Positions 20,701 to 29,113 of a stretch of DNA of 64,000 bases are shown here, in pieces (within the stretch, counting starts at the first letter, position 1; every line of letters begins with the position of its first letter). This DNA is from Candidatus Cloacimonadales bacterium (GTDB lineage Bacteria; Cloacimonadota; Cloacimonadia; Cloacimonadales; JAFGVF01): assembly GCA_963662585.1 (NCBI GenBank), contig OY759729.1:1920001-1984000 (forward strand), in the 5' to 3' direction. The translations under genes were made by a program, and so were the position numbers. Below the pieces are notes generated by a model. The model was not told the DNA's origin and searched no databases. It saw nothing but the letters and a program-made list of their open reading frames with translations.

Positions 20701-21769
20701 TTACTGGAAAGCAAATAAGGATGAAAATATGAAATTTAACGCAATTGTAGGGAATCCTCCTTATCAAGAAAATATTAGCAACTCTCCCCAAAACTCATCA
20801 TTAAGTAAGCAAGTTTTTCCGTATTTCATTGAGATAGGAATCAAAATACAACCAGACTATCTTACATTGATAACTCCTTCAAGATGGTTTACTGGTAATG
20901 CTCAAGATAGATCTTTTGTAAAATTAAGAAAATTCATTATGTTTAATAACAGACTAAGGAAGATATTCAATTATCCAAATTCTCGAAAGATTTTTAATGA
21001 TGTCGAGATTAGTGGAGGAGTAAATTACTTTTTGTATGAATCCTCATATATTGGGGAAGTTGAATTCAATGAGTTTTATAATGAGGATAACAAAGTGTCT
21101 GTAAAAAGACCACTGTTTGAAGATGGGTTAGATATTGTTTTAAGTAGTGGGAAAAATTACAGAATTATACAAAAAATAAAGAATGAAAAATTTACTTCTT
21201 TAAACACTATTACACAAGGTAGAAATGCTTTTGGAATTGTGGGGAAAAATGTTGATAAAATTTCATATTCTAAAAGAAATAATGATAATCAATATGAACT
21301 AAGATGTAAATATGAAGAAATAAGATATATTGATAAAAATAACATAAAAAAAAATCAGAGAATAGCGGATAATTGGAAAATATTCATATCAAAAGGAAAT
21401 GGAGGAGCAGGTTTTTTGACAGAAGATAAGGCAGTCTCCATTTTAGGTAAACCATTTATTGGAAAACCAAAATCTGTTTGTACCGATTCATTAATACCGA
21501 TTGGATCTTTTAGTACAAAATTTGAAGCAATTTCATTACTACATTATATCAAAACTAAGCTTTTTAGATATGTTGTAGGGATTTTAAAAGTATCCCAGAA
21601 CTTATATCAAAATGTATACAATTTTGTTCCTTTACAAAACTTTACTCCTGATTCCGACATAGACTGGACTAAGCCAATTGCTGAGATTGATAAGCAATTA
21701 TACAAGAAATATGAACTAACCCAAGAAGAAATTGATTTCATTGAAAGAATGATAAAACCAATGGAATAG
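17771..21769 (+). CDS. Multidomain R-M protein: GIY-YIG(T5orf172)-like nuclease + SF2 helicase + Eco57I-type N6-adenine MTase/TRD
   Basis: IYVF...LKIGET...RINQ...EWF; Walker A MRFGKT; IIIDEAH; LSGTP; ETVLTP; IVGNPPY; ITPSRW; C-terminal FVPLQNF...IDKQLYKKYEL. Confidence 0.85.
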   Translation: MKYKSSLKLKLIYVFRINDAAHKGSLKIGETTSDKELTDNLKPNCKNLNDAAKKRINQFTQTAGIKYDLLYTELTIYNFKGCLHSFSDSEVHNVLIRSGIKRRIFDNENKANEWFETDLETVKNAIKAVKEGRDSLNNSEITNEGNPIIFRPEQKEAIKKTINHFKKNNEMLWYAKMRFGKTLSALQVVKKMNVKKTLILTHRPVVDDGWYEDFYKIFYDRKEYAYGSQKKGQRFETLESQSKDEVKHFIYFASMQDLRGSAQVGGNYEKNESIFQVEWDLIIIDEAHEGTQTELGINVISELKSSNTKLLHLSGTPFNLLDNYKEEEIFTWDYVMEQKAKANWDQIHFGDSNPYSSLPKLNIFTYDLGKLLNNFVDEDVAFNFREFFRVNQDGKFIHEKDVCSFLNLICKIDDSSKYPYSTKEYRDNFRHSLWMVPGVKEAKALSSLLKAHPVFSHFKIVNVAGAGDEEESNEKAFKKVKDAITEQAQDTYTITLSCGRLTTGVSVPAWTAVFMLSGSYNTSAASYMQTIFRVQTPATINGRVKENCFVFDFAPDRTLKVIAETAKISSKAGKTSNQDREIMSEFLNFCPIISIDGSRMEDYDVERMLEQLKKVYIEKVVQNGFEDEHLYNTQQLMKLNDIDLQEFKDLRGIIGSIKAIPKSNDIDINRQGFTGEELSKLEEAEKKTKERKELSEEEERLLQEKKEKRENWKNAISILRGISIRMPLLIYGAEVNNEDEQITIDNFTELIDARSWEEFMPKNVTKDLFEKFKKYYEPDVFRAAGKRIRAMARSADKLPIEQRIEKITTIFSHFRNPDKETVLTPWRVVNMHLGDCLGGYVFFDDDMENQIEKPRYIDHGQVTKEVFAPDAKILEINSKSGLYPLYIAYGIFKNIYNTKFLDNTKIVSILEEQAIWDEVVAKNIFVICKTPMAKSITKRTLVGFRNSKINTHYFEDLVNQITNKQDKFISKIKKGDTYWKANKDENMKFNAIVGNPPYQENISNSPQNSSLSKQVFPYFIEIGIKIQPDYLTLITPSRWFTGNAQDRSFVKLRKFIMFNNRLRKIFNYPNSRKIFNDVEISGGVNYFLYESSYIGEVEFNEFYNEDNKVSVKRPLFEDGLDIVLSSGKNYRIIQKIKNEKFTSLNTITQGRNAFGIVGKNVDKISYSKRNNDNQYELRCKYEEIRYIDKNNIKKNQRIADNWKIFISKGNGGAGFLTEDKAVSILGKPFIGKPKSVCTDSLIPIGSFSTKFEAISLLHYIKTKLFRYVVGILKVSQNLYQNVYNFVPLQNFTPDSDIDWTKPIAEIDKQLYKKYELTQEEIDFIERMIKPME

Positions 21770-21956
21770 AAAGTTACATCTCATGTTATGCATCATTAAA
21801 TATTAGATTTAATGATTAATTGATATATAAAAAATAAGATTTAAAAGGATTAAGTTACATTGAGAAAAAGGGAATAGATAATTTAGTAAATCATTGTATT
21901 TGCAAGAAAGTAATAATAAATTCCAAGACATCAACCACTATAAATATGGAGTGTAT

Positions 21957-23054
21957 ATGCTTTTAAGAAAAGGTAAAACGCGACAATTATTAGAGAAATC
22001 GATTGATAGTGCTCTTTTAGCAGTAGAGATATACAATAAACCTAGAACATCCTTTAGAGTTGAAACTTATATTACCCATATGATAATCGCTTGGACAAAA
22101 CTGTTCCATGCTCATTTTTATCACACTATAGGTGATAAATACTATTACAAAGAAAATAATAAAAGGAAATACAAGAAAATAGATGGAGAAAAGAAAGCTT
22201 GGGAACTAAATCATTGTATTAACGAGTATAAAAAACTATCAAAAGCTGAGACTGAGAACCTGAAATTTTTTATTAAATTAAGAAATAAAATTGAACATAG
22301 ATATGTTGATAGAATAGAACTTGGAATAATGATTTTTGGTGAATGCCAATCTTTACTATATAATTATGAAAATACATTAGTTACGCTTTTTGGGGAAGAA
22401 TATTCTATGAATGAAAATTTAGCATACTCTCTACAATTTTCTAGATTAAGAACAAAACAACAAGTTGAATCCTCAAATCTATTATTAACAAGAGATGTTA
22501 CAGAAATTAAGGAATTTATTGAGCGATTTAGAGGGAAGATATCTGAATCAACATTTAACTCACAAGAATTTAGTATAAAATTAATACAAATTCCCAGAAT
22601 AAGTAATACAAATAGAAATGATTTAGCTATTGAATTTATCAATTGGTCTAGTTTATCAAAAGAGGATAAAGATAATTATCAAAAAGTTAATGCTATTGTT
22701 AAAGATAAAATAGTTCACAGAGAAGCTGTAAACACAAAACGCTTCAAAGCCTCACAAGTTATAGATTGCATCAATGAACACAGCAATGTTAAGATGAATC
22801 ATTATGATCATAAGTGCTTATATTATATTTTCTCTATTCGACCTACTAGCTTAGAAAATATGGATCCTGAAGAGACAAACATAGCATTTTGCTACTATGA
22901 TATTGCTCATAAAGATTATTTATATACACAAGAATGGATAGATTTTTTAATAAATATCATTTCATCAAAACAACTTACCAAAGATGAGTGGAAGACATTA
23001 TACAAAAAAAATCAAAAAAGAGACATAAATACATTAGATGTGTTAAATTATTAA
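21957..23054 (+). CDS. DUF3644-family HEPN-like protein, putative defence effector
   Basis: SIDSALLAVEIYNKP, IIAWTKLFHA, and RNKIEH (RxxxxH); likely start ATG 21957 after GGAG. Confidence 0.75.
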   Translation: MLLRKGKTRQLLEKSIDSALLAVEIYNKPRTSFRVETYITHMIIAWTKLFHAHFYHTIGDKYYYKENNKRKYKKIDGEKKAWELNHCINEYKKLSKAETENLKFFIKLRNKIEHRYVDRIELGIMIFGECQSLLYNYENTLVTLFGEEYSMNENLAYSLQFSRLRTKQQVESSNLLLTRDVTEIKEFIERFRGKISESTFNSQEFSIKLIQIPRISNTNRNDLAIEFINWSSLSKEDKDNYQKVNAIVKDKIVHREAVNTKRFKASQVIDCINEHSNVKMNHYDHKCLYYIFSIRPTSLENMDPEETNIAFCYYDIAHKDYLYTQEWIDFLINIISSKQLTKDEWKTLYKKNQKRDINTLDVLNY

Positions 23055-23092
23055 TTTAACATTACATAATATTGAAGATAATGGCCTAGTGT

Positions 23093-23301
23093 TTATATTC
23101 TCATTTTAAGTATTTTGTGCAAATTAACATAAACATCATCAACCTGATTTTGGGTTATTCCTATATAGCGGAAGGTAACAACTTGAGAAGAAAGATTGAA
23201 AATCCTCATGTGTAGAGATAGATCAACTCATTCTTCAACGCGTGATAACCAAAAGTTTTTCATAAGGTATGTGTACCTATTTTATTTCTAATACCAACTC
23301 T
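23093..23301 (-). pseudogene. C-terminal remnant of a tyrosine recombinase/integrase
   Basis: Reverse translation RVGIRNKIGTHTL*KTFGYHALKN / frameshift / VDLSLHMRIFNLSSQVVTFRYIGITQNQVDDVY; the HxxR Arg is replaced by TGA (23260-23262) and the catalytic Tyr is retained. Confidence 0.85.
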
Positions 23302-23457
23302 AAAGACATTTTTATTATTATTCAAAAGCCAAAAAATTTGCTCAAGTTCAAGTATAGTGGAAATTATAAAGTACTATGATGGACCTTATTATTGCATCAT
23401 AATAAGTTACGCTTTATAGCCTAGAAGGAATAGAAGTTTTTATGCTAAATAAGACTT

Positions 23458-23794
23458 AATCCTGACTTGTGAGGGCGTAGCTTTAGCGAAGACTCAAAGG
23501 ATAAGTTTATATCCCTAGCGGGGATTAATAGGTTAGCCTAGGGTAAAATCCTGACTTGTGAGGGCGTAGCTTTTAAGCGAAGACTCAAGGGATTGCAACC
23601 CTGGGTTGTGATGTATATAAAGAGTGTAACCCTGTAAGGGTTTAATAAAAGCATATATACCAGAGATTTATTATATAAATTTGATTTAATAAACCCTTAC
23701 AGGGTTATGTCCATAATTTTGGATATTGTACCTGGGGTGACGATCCCTATAGGATCTTACCCCAGGCTAATCTATTAATCCCTTTCAGGGATAT
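23458..23794. repeat. Large nested palindromic REP/REPIN-like element with a duplicated ~40-bp hairpin unit
   Basis: Arms ATATCCCT..GGGATTAATAG.TTAGCCT.GGGTAA.ATCCT at 23509 and inverted ending at 23794; inner arms TAACCCTGTAAGGGTTTA / TAAACCCTTACAGGGTTA; ATCCTGACTTGTGAGGGCGTAGCTTT..GCGAAGACTCAA occurs twice. Confidence 0.8.
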
Positions 23795-23931
23795 TTTAAT
23801 TCTGTCAATATTAACTAAACTGTTATGTTATACATACATCTTTCCACCAGACTTGAACTTGAGCCAATATAATGTAATGAGACTTGATAAATGTGCTAAT
23901 GTTTAGAAAAAAGGACTGTCTTAGAACAAAG

Positions 23932-23962
23932 AAAAAAGCTTATGAATTATCATAAGCTTTTC
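23932..23962. terminator. Terminator hairpin; insertion site of the group II intron
   Basis: AAAAGCTTATGA-ATTA-TCATAAGCTTTT immediately 5' of the intron. Confidence 0.75.
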
Positions 23963-26073
23963 GTTTGCCCAGAATGTTATCTGAGCCGATGGACTGAAAG
24001 AAGTCCTGACACCCAACTGACAGGAAGTCAATCTGAGGTCAAGGGCGTTGCTGGCAACGGCAGGGTCTGAAGTAAGACGCAGGAAGAATGTGGAACATAG
24101 CGAAAGTAAACTGATTTTGGTTCATGTAGTGGGTAACTCTTCGAAAAGTGAGAACGCCCAAAAGTCAGTCGATTACATGGATTACAACAGATGGATTTAC
24201 ATTCAGGCAGGATAGCTTAACTGGGGAAGCCTGTTAATGTCTCTAATAGAGTAACTATGACTACAAGCTGAAAGGCAAGAGTTGTATTAAGCATAAGCAG
24301 GTGGCAGATGATTCCGTAGTAGTGACTAACCCTTTGCCTATGAAAGCTGGTGACAGACTGGAGGATAAAACAGAGGGGACAATATTCTTAGTAATATTGG
24401 GGGATATTTTTCAAAAGGAAATATCTCATGTGAAGGGATGAAGATAAACCAAAGAATAAACATAATTAAAGAGATATTTTCTTAAAAGTAGGAAACGAAG
24501 AGAATCGAAAGATTCAAGGCTCGGATAGACGGTGGTGAGTACCTTCTTTCTATCATGACCTTACGAGACTGAGTAGATGAAGTTAAAAAAAGGATAATAG
24601 TCAAAACCTATAAAATCTTTGATAGATTGCTTTATGCTAAAAACTTCGAAGGTCTTCATTGAATTAACTGTCATTTGAAAGTATAATTTAAACATTGTTT
24701 ATTGTGAAAAAGGAGAAACTAAATGAAAAAGTGGTACAGTTTAATTGATAAAGTTTACTCAAAAGGTAATCTCTATGAATCTTTCCTAAAGGTAAAGAAA
24801 AATAGAGGTGCAGAAGGTATAGATAATATTACTATATCTAAGTTTGGTGAGACTCTACAAGAGAACTTAGAGCAGATTCATTTAGAATTGAAAAGTGGGA
24901 AGTATATCCCATCACCTGTGAAACGGGTAGAGATACCTAAAGGAAATGGTAAGATGAGGCCATTAGGAATACCTACTGTAAAAGATAGAATCGTACAGCA
25001 GGCAATAAATAACATCATCCAACCAATTTTTGAACCTGATTTTCATCCACAAAGCTATGGCTACCGTCCCAACAAAAGTTGTCAAAAGGCAGTGGCTAAA
25101 GCACATATATTAATGGTTCAGGAAGAGCTTCCTTTTGTAGTGGATATGGATTTATCAAAATGTTTTGATACATTAAATCATAAATTCATAATGCAATCAT
25201 TAAATAGGAAAATAAGTGACGGAACATTATTAAAGTTGATAGAGAAAATCTTAAAGTCTGGTGTTATGCAAGAAGGGAAGTATAGCGAAACTGAAGTAGG
25301 AAGTCCACAAGGAGGGGTAATCTCTCCACTTCTTATGAACATATATCTTGATAGTTTTGACCAAGAAATGAAAAGTCGAGGAATCGAGATAGTACGCTAT
25401 GCTGATGACATTTTACTTTTTGCTAAGACTAAGAAAAAAGCAGAACAATATCAACGAATTGCGGTAGAATATCTAAACTCAATTTATCTCATCGTAAATG
25501 AAGAAAAGACACATATTGCGAGTGTATTTAAAGGAGTCAAGTATCTTGGCTTCGAAATACATGAATCATATGTAAAGATAGAGGATAAAAGAGTAAAAGC
25601 GTTCAAAGATAAGATTCGGTCACTGACTCCACGGAATAGCGGAATTAATGTCCAGACAATGATTAAAAGACTTAATCCGATATTGAGAGGTTGGTCGAAT
25701 TACTTTAGGGTGGCAAATTGCAAAGGAGTCTTTCAGTCTCTATTATCATGGATAAGGCGGCGACTAAGAATGAAGAAAATGCGGGAATGGAAAAGTTGGA
25801 AAGCTTTTCACCAACAACTTAGAAGAGTTGGGCATAAAAGTGATTTTCCGAAAATATCTATGACACATTGGAAGAATTCTGGTTGTTATCATATTCATAG
25901 AGCTTTACCTAATGAATGGTTTGAGCAATTAGGGCTATATGACTTACTATCGAAACCTACAAGTGTTTTATTTAATTATTATGAATAATTACAAGGTTTA
26001 TCAGGAGCCGTGTACGAGTCCCGTACGCACGGTTCTGTGAGAGGGATGGTGCTAACGCACCACCCTACTCGAT
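23963..26073 (+). mobile_element. Group II intron, bacterial class C (IIC)
   Basis: 5' GTTTGCCCAGAATG directly after a terminator stem-loop; short domain V GAGCCGTGTACGAGTCCCGTACGCACGGTTC; domain VI ending CCCTACTCGAT; internal RT ORF. Confidence 0.9.
24723..25988 (+). CDS. ltrA: Group II intron reverse transcriptase/maturase (no En domain)
   Basis: GAEGID, RPLGIPTVKDRIVQ, SYGYRP, DLSKCFD, GSPQGGVISPLL, RYADD, domain X RGWSNYF. Confidence 0.95.
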   Translation: MKKWYSLIDKVYSKGNLYESFLKVKKNRGAEGIDNITISKFGETLQENLEQIHLELKSGKYIPSPVKRVEIPKGNGKMRPLGIPTVKDRIVQQAINNIIQPIFEPDFHPQSYGYRPNKSCQKAVAKAHILMVQEELPFVVDMDLSKCFDTLNHKFIMQSLNRKISDGTLLKLIEKILKSGVMQEGKYSETEVGSPQGGVISPLLMNIYLDSFDQEMKSRGIEIVRYADDILLFAKTKKKAEQYQRIAVEYLNSIYLIVNEEKTHIASVFKGVKYLGFEIHESYVKIEDKRVKAFKDKIRSLTPRNSGINVQTMIKRLNPILRGWSNYFRVANCKGVFQSLLSWIRRRLRMKKMREWKSWKAFHQQLRRVGHKSDFPKISMTHWKNSGCYHIHRALPNEWFEQLGLYDLLSKPTSVLFNYYE

Positions 26074-26095
26074 TATTTATTTATAAATGTTAAAA

Positions 26096-27256
26096 TTAAT
26101 CAATTATATAAGTTTTTAGTGGAGGGAATCCATTAAACTCAATAGAACTATAAGATGTTGTATAAGCTCCTGTTGATAAGAAATAGACTCTATCTCCAAT
26201 TGCTAAATTAAGAGGTAAATCATATTTAAAATCCTCATACATAATGTCTTGAGAATCACAAGTTGGCCCAGCCAAGATACACTCTTCGGTTTCTCCTCGG
26301 CGTTCTGTAAAAATTGGGAATTTAATAGATTCTTCTAAAGTCTCTATGAGTCCACTAAATTTACCAATATCGGTAAATATCCAACGATTAAGAGAGGTTC
26401 TAGACTTTCTAGCAATTAGCACTACTTCACTAACAATAATGCCAGCATCTGCAGCTAAAGAGCGACCTGGTTCAATTAAAATTTCAGGAATATCGTCTCC
26501 GAAGTCTTCCTCAAGATATCTTTTTATTTCAGAAGCATAGACTTCAATATCGTTAGTTCTAGATGTATAGTTAGCTGGGAATCCACCACCCATGTTGATC
26601 ATTTTGAGTTTAATTCCCTCTTCTTCTTCTAACCAAGAAAAGATATAGCGAACCTTAGCAATAGCAGCATCCCATGATGCGATATCTCTTTGTTGAGAGC
26701 CTACATGGAAAGATATGCCATAAGGTTCTAAACCAAGTTTTTTTGCTAAAACTATTAAATCACAAGCCATATCTGATTGGCAGCCAAACTTTCTAGAGAG
26801 AGGCCAGTCTGCTGTATCAACACCTTCTGTCAAAATTCTAACAAAGACTTTTGATCCTGGGGCAGCTTTGGCGATGTTTCTTAAATCTGCTTCAGAGTCT
26901 GAGACATACAATCTTACACCTGCTTCATAATGTTCTCTAATATCTTTAGCTTTTTTAATGGTATTTCCATAGCTAATTCTATCTGGAGAAATGCCTAGTG
27001 CTAAAAGTTTTCTAAGTTCATAAATTGAAGCAACATCAAAATTTGAACCTAAATCTCTGAGCAGGGCTAATACTTCATTTGCTGGGTTTGCTTTTACTGC
27101 ATAATGAATCTTAGAATAAGGAAAGTTCCTAATCAACTCTTCATATTTTTCTTTAATAACACTTAGTCTAACAATTAAGAAAGGAGTCTCTTTGTCCTCT
27201 GAAAAAGCTAGCATATTTTGCCAATCTTCTCTTTTAATATAAGAATCTCTTATCAT
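26096..27256 (-). CDS. Ornithine (Orn/Lys/Arg) decarboxylase, fold-type III PLP enzyme
   Basis: HYAVKANP, FDVAS, RKFG, SFHVGSQ, NMGGGFP, IEPGR, AGPTCDS, GAYT, FNGFPP. Confidence 0.92.
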   Translation of the reverse strand: MIRDSYIKREDWQNMLAFSEDKETPFLIVRLSVIKEKYEELIRNFPYSKIHYAVKANPANEVLALLRDLGSNFDVASIYELRKLLALGISPDRISYGNTIKKAKDIREHYEAGVRLYVSDSEADLRNIAKAAPGSKVFVRILTEGVDTADWPLSRKFGCQSDMACDLIVLAKKLGLEPYGISFHVGSQQRDIASWDAAIAKVRYIFSWLEEEEGIKLKMINMGGGFPANYTSRTNDIEVYASEIKRYLEEDFGDDIPEILIEPGRSLAADAGIIVSEVVLIARKSRTSLNRWIFTDIGKFSGLIETLEESIKFPIFTERRGETEECILAGPTCDSQDIMYEDFKYDLPLNLAIGDRVYFLSTGAYTTSYSSIEFNGFPPLKTYIID

Positions 27257-27283
27257 CGTAATCCTCCGAATTTAAATATTTTT

Positions 27284-27370
27284 TTATACAAACTCGAGGA
27301 GGGTTTTGATTAGCATAGACACACTATTTGGCGGTTGATATTTCACACCCTGAAATAGTCTATTACTCAT
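27284..27370 (-). CDS. Candidate 28-aa leader peptide (MSNRLFQGVKYQPPNSVSMLIKTLLEFV)
   Basis: GGAGG 7 nt before ATG; the stop lies 27 nt before the decarboxylase start. Confidence 0.5.
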   Translation of the reverse strand: MSNRLFQGVKYQPPNSVSMLIKTLLEFV

Positions 27371-27700
27371 AGCATTTCCTCCAATATTAAGTTTCTTTAA
27401 TGAACACATATAAAATAATTAAATTTTTAAGCAAGCAAAAAATTTAATAATATTATGATTAGCATAAGTTATTGGGAATCAGAGCTAAAGAGATAGGACA
27501 TTAGCTTTTTTTTACTTTTGTTTTTTAGGGACTTATCTCTTTTACTAGTAGTATCATTGAAGATTAGTTCAAAATTTAGATTTAAATGAACTTTATCTTA
27601 ACATTTTTGATTAAAGAGAAATCACTCTTATATGTGATGCTTATAATATTAGTTTATGGCAATCTTTCAAGTAAAGTGGGTCTTAGAAAAAAAATAATAT

Positions 27701-27818
27701 GGCAAGGGACTTCGGGCGAAAGAAAGTTGTCGGAAGTCGCTACTGCGTGAGCAACTCCCGTCATAAAAAGTTGGAGACCGGAGTTCCTCAGCCATAGGCA
27801 AGGGACTTCGGGCGAAAG
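27701..27818. repeat. 22-bp direct repeat GGCAAGGGACTTCGGGCGAAAG x2 in a GC-rich intergenic patch
   Basis: Exact copies at 27701 and 27797. Confidence 0.75.
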
Positions 27819-27854
27819 TTGCCAAACAATTACCTAAGAAAATTTTGAAGCTTT

Positions 27855-27909
27855 AACCCAATAATGCAGTAGATCTTTTAGAATAGTACTATATTCATTT
27901 GCTAAAGCA
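27855..27909. mobile_element. Second, truncated copy of the left end of the IS982-like element at 2541
   Basis: TGCAGTAGATCTTTTAGAATAG(C/T)ACTATATTCATTTGCTAAAGCA is shared with 2551-2595. Confidence 0.75.
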
Positions 27910-27963
27910 GCTGATTGTATCGAATGTGGCAAATGCGAAGTGTCTTGCCCTCAACTTGAATAA
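27907..27963 (+). pseudogene. Orphan 4Fe-4S ferredoxin-motif fragment
   Basis: AADCIECGKCEVSCPQLE* = CxxCxxCxxxCP, with no start codon, fused to the IS end. Confidence 0.6.
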
Positions 27964-28043
27964 AAGCGGTCAAATTTATTTCTCCTTGACTTGGAAAAGA
28001 ACTGATATTAAATTTGCTAAATAAAGTAAAGAGAGGAAATTAA

Positions 28044-28931
28044 ATGAAGAATTCACTAACCACATTTGTTAAATGTTGCTTAATTTTATTACCACTATTA
28101 TCCCTAATGAGTTGCCAAGTCAAAGAAGAGAAGATGGAAATTTGGCACACTATAGCTGCCCAAGATTCTATTTCACAAGAAATTACTTATTTTATTCAAC
28201 CAAATATTGATGCTTCAAAAGTTGAGAGTAAAGTTATCAGAGCTAAAATCGAGGGGTCTTGGCATGATATCGAGATTACTGAAGTACCTGAAAGATTTAT
28301 TAAGTGGAATTTTGACAGAAGACTTGAACAACTGAAAGAGATCAAAGATGGTTTAGAGAGTGGCAATATGCAAATGCCTACTTTGTCTGGACCACATAAT
28401 GGTATGGTGGCTACTCATGGTAACAAGAGAGAGGATTCTGCCTTCAGTATTAATAATGCTGTAAAGGGAATGGGTTGGTTACCAAAAGCAGAGAAAATAG
28501 GCGAAGTTAAACAGATGCTTTTAGATACTTGGGATGCTGATATTTTTAAAAAGTTAGATGTTCTTACCAAGTTATATGAAGATGGAGAAAATGTCTTTGA
28601 TTTAACCAAACAGAGCTCTTTAGAACTCTATTCTCAGCCTGATTATGAAACCCAATCTTTCTTAAATCAAATGGCTGACCCAGGAGTAACAATGGTATTT
28701 TTAGATTTACCTGAATCTTTTAAACTTCGCTGTGTAGTGCAAATGTTACATCCAGATAATCCTAATTTAACAGATTATGAAAAAGATGTAGTAGAATACA
28801 TAAATCTTGTTCATGATTACTTCCATGGACAAATGCCTCGTAAATCAATCGGAGTAATTTATCACATTAGCCAAGTCTATGATAACTCACCAAGAGGAAA
28901 AGGAAAGCTTATTACTCCAATGTTTCCCTAG
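28044..28931 (+). CDS. Putative lipoprotein, possibly PNPOx-like split-barrel fold
   Basis: Lipobox-like LSLMSC; strong RBS; the fold guess is weak. Confidence 0.55.
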   Translation: MKNSLTTFVKCCLILLPLLSLMSCQVKEEKMEIWHTIAAQDSISQEITYFIQPNIDASKVESKVIRAKIEGSWHDIEITEVPERFIKWNFDRRLEQLKEIKDGLESGNMQMPTLSGPHNGMVATHGNKREDSAFSINNAVKGMGWLPKAEKIGEVKQMLLDTWDADIFKKLDVLTKLYEDGENVFDLTKQSSLELYSQPDYETQSFLNQMADPGVTMVFLDLPESFKLRCVVQMLHPDNPNLTDYEKDVVEYINLVHDYFHGQMPRKSIGVIYHISQVYDNSPRGKGKLITPMFP

Positions 28932-28959
28932 AAATATTAACTGAAATATAATATAAATT

Positions 28960-28990
28960 TAGGGGTGTTGATATGAACGCCCCTATTCTT
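28960..28990 (+). terminator. Intrinsic terminator
   Basis: TAGGGGTGTT-loop-AACGCCCCTA-TTCTT. Confidence 0.6.
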
Positions 28991-29113
28991 AGCTCAAGAA
29001 AATACCACTTACCATTAAAATTATACCATTTACAAAATTGTATTTGTAAAATCAGCAATATTGCTTTATTTGTCATTATAGAAAATCAAAAATAATAAGG
29101 ATGAGGTTTTTAA

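Noticed and set aside
24723..25988. Retron, DGR or defence-associated RT beside the defence island
   Set aside because: It has RT0, domain X and flanking intron domains V/VI, so it is a group II intron maturase
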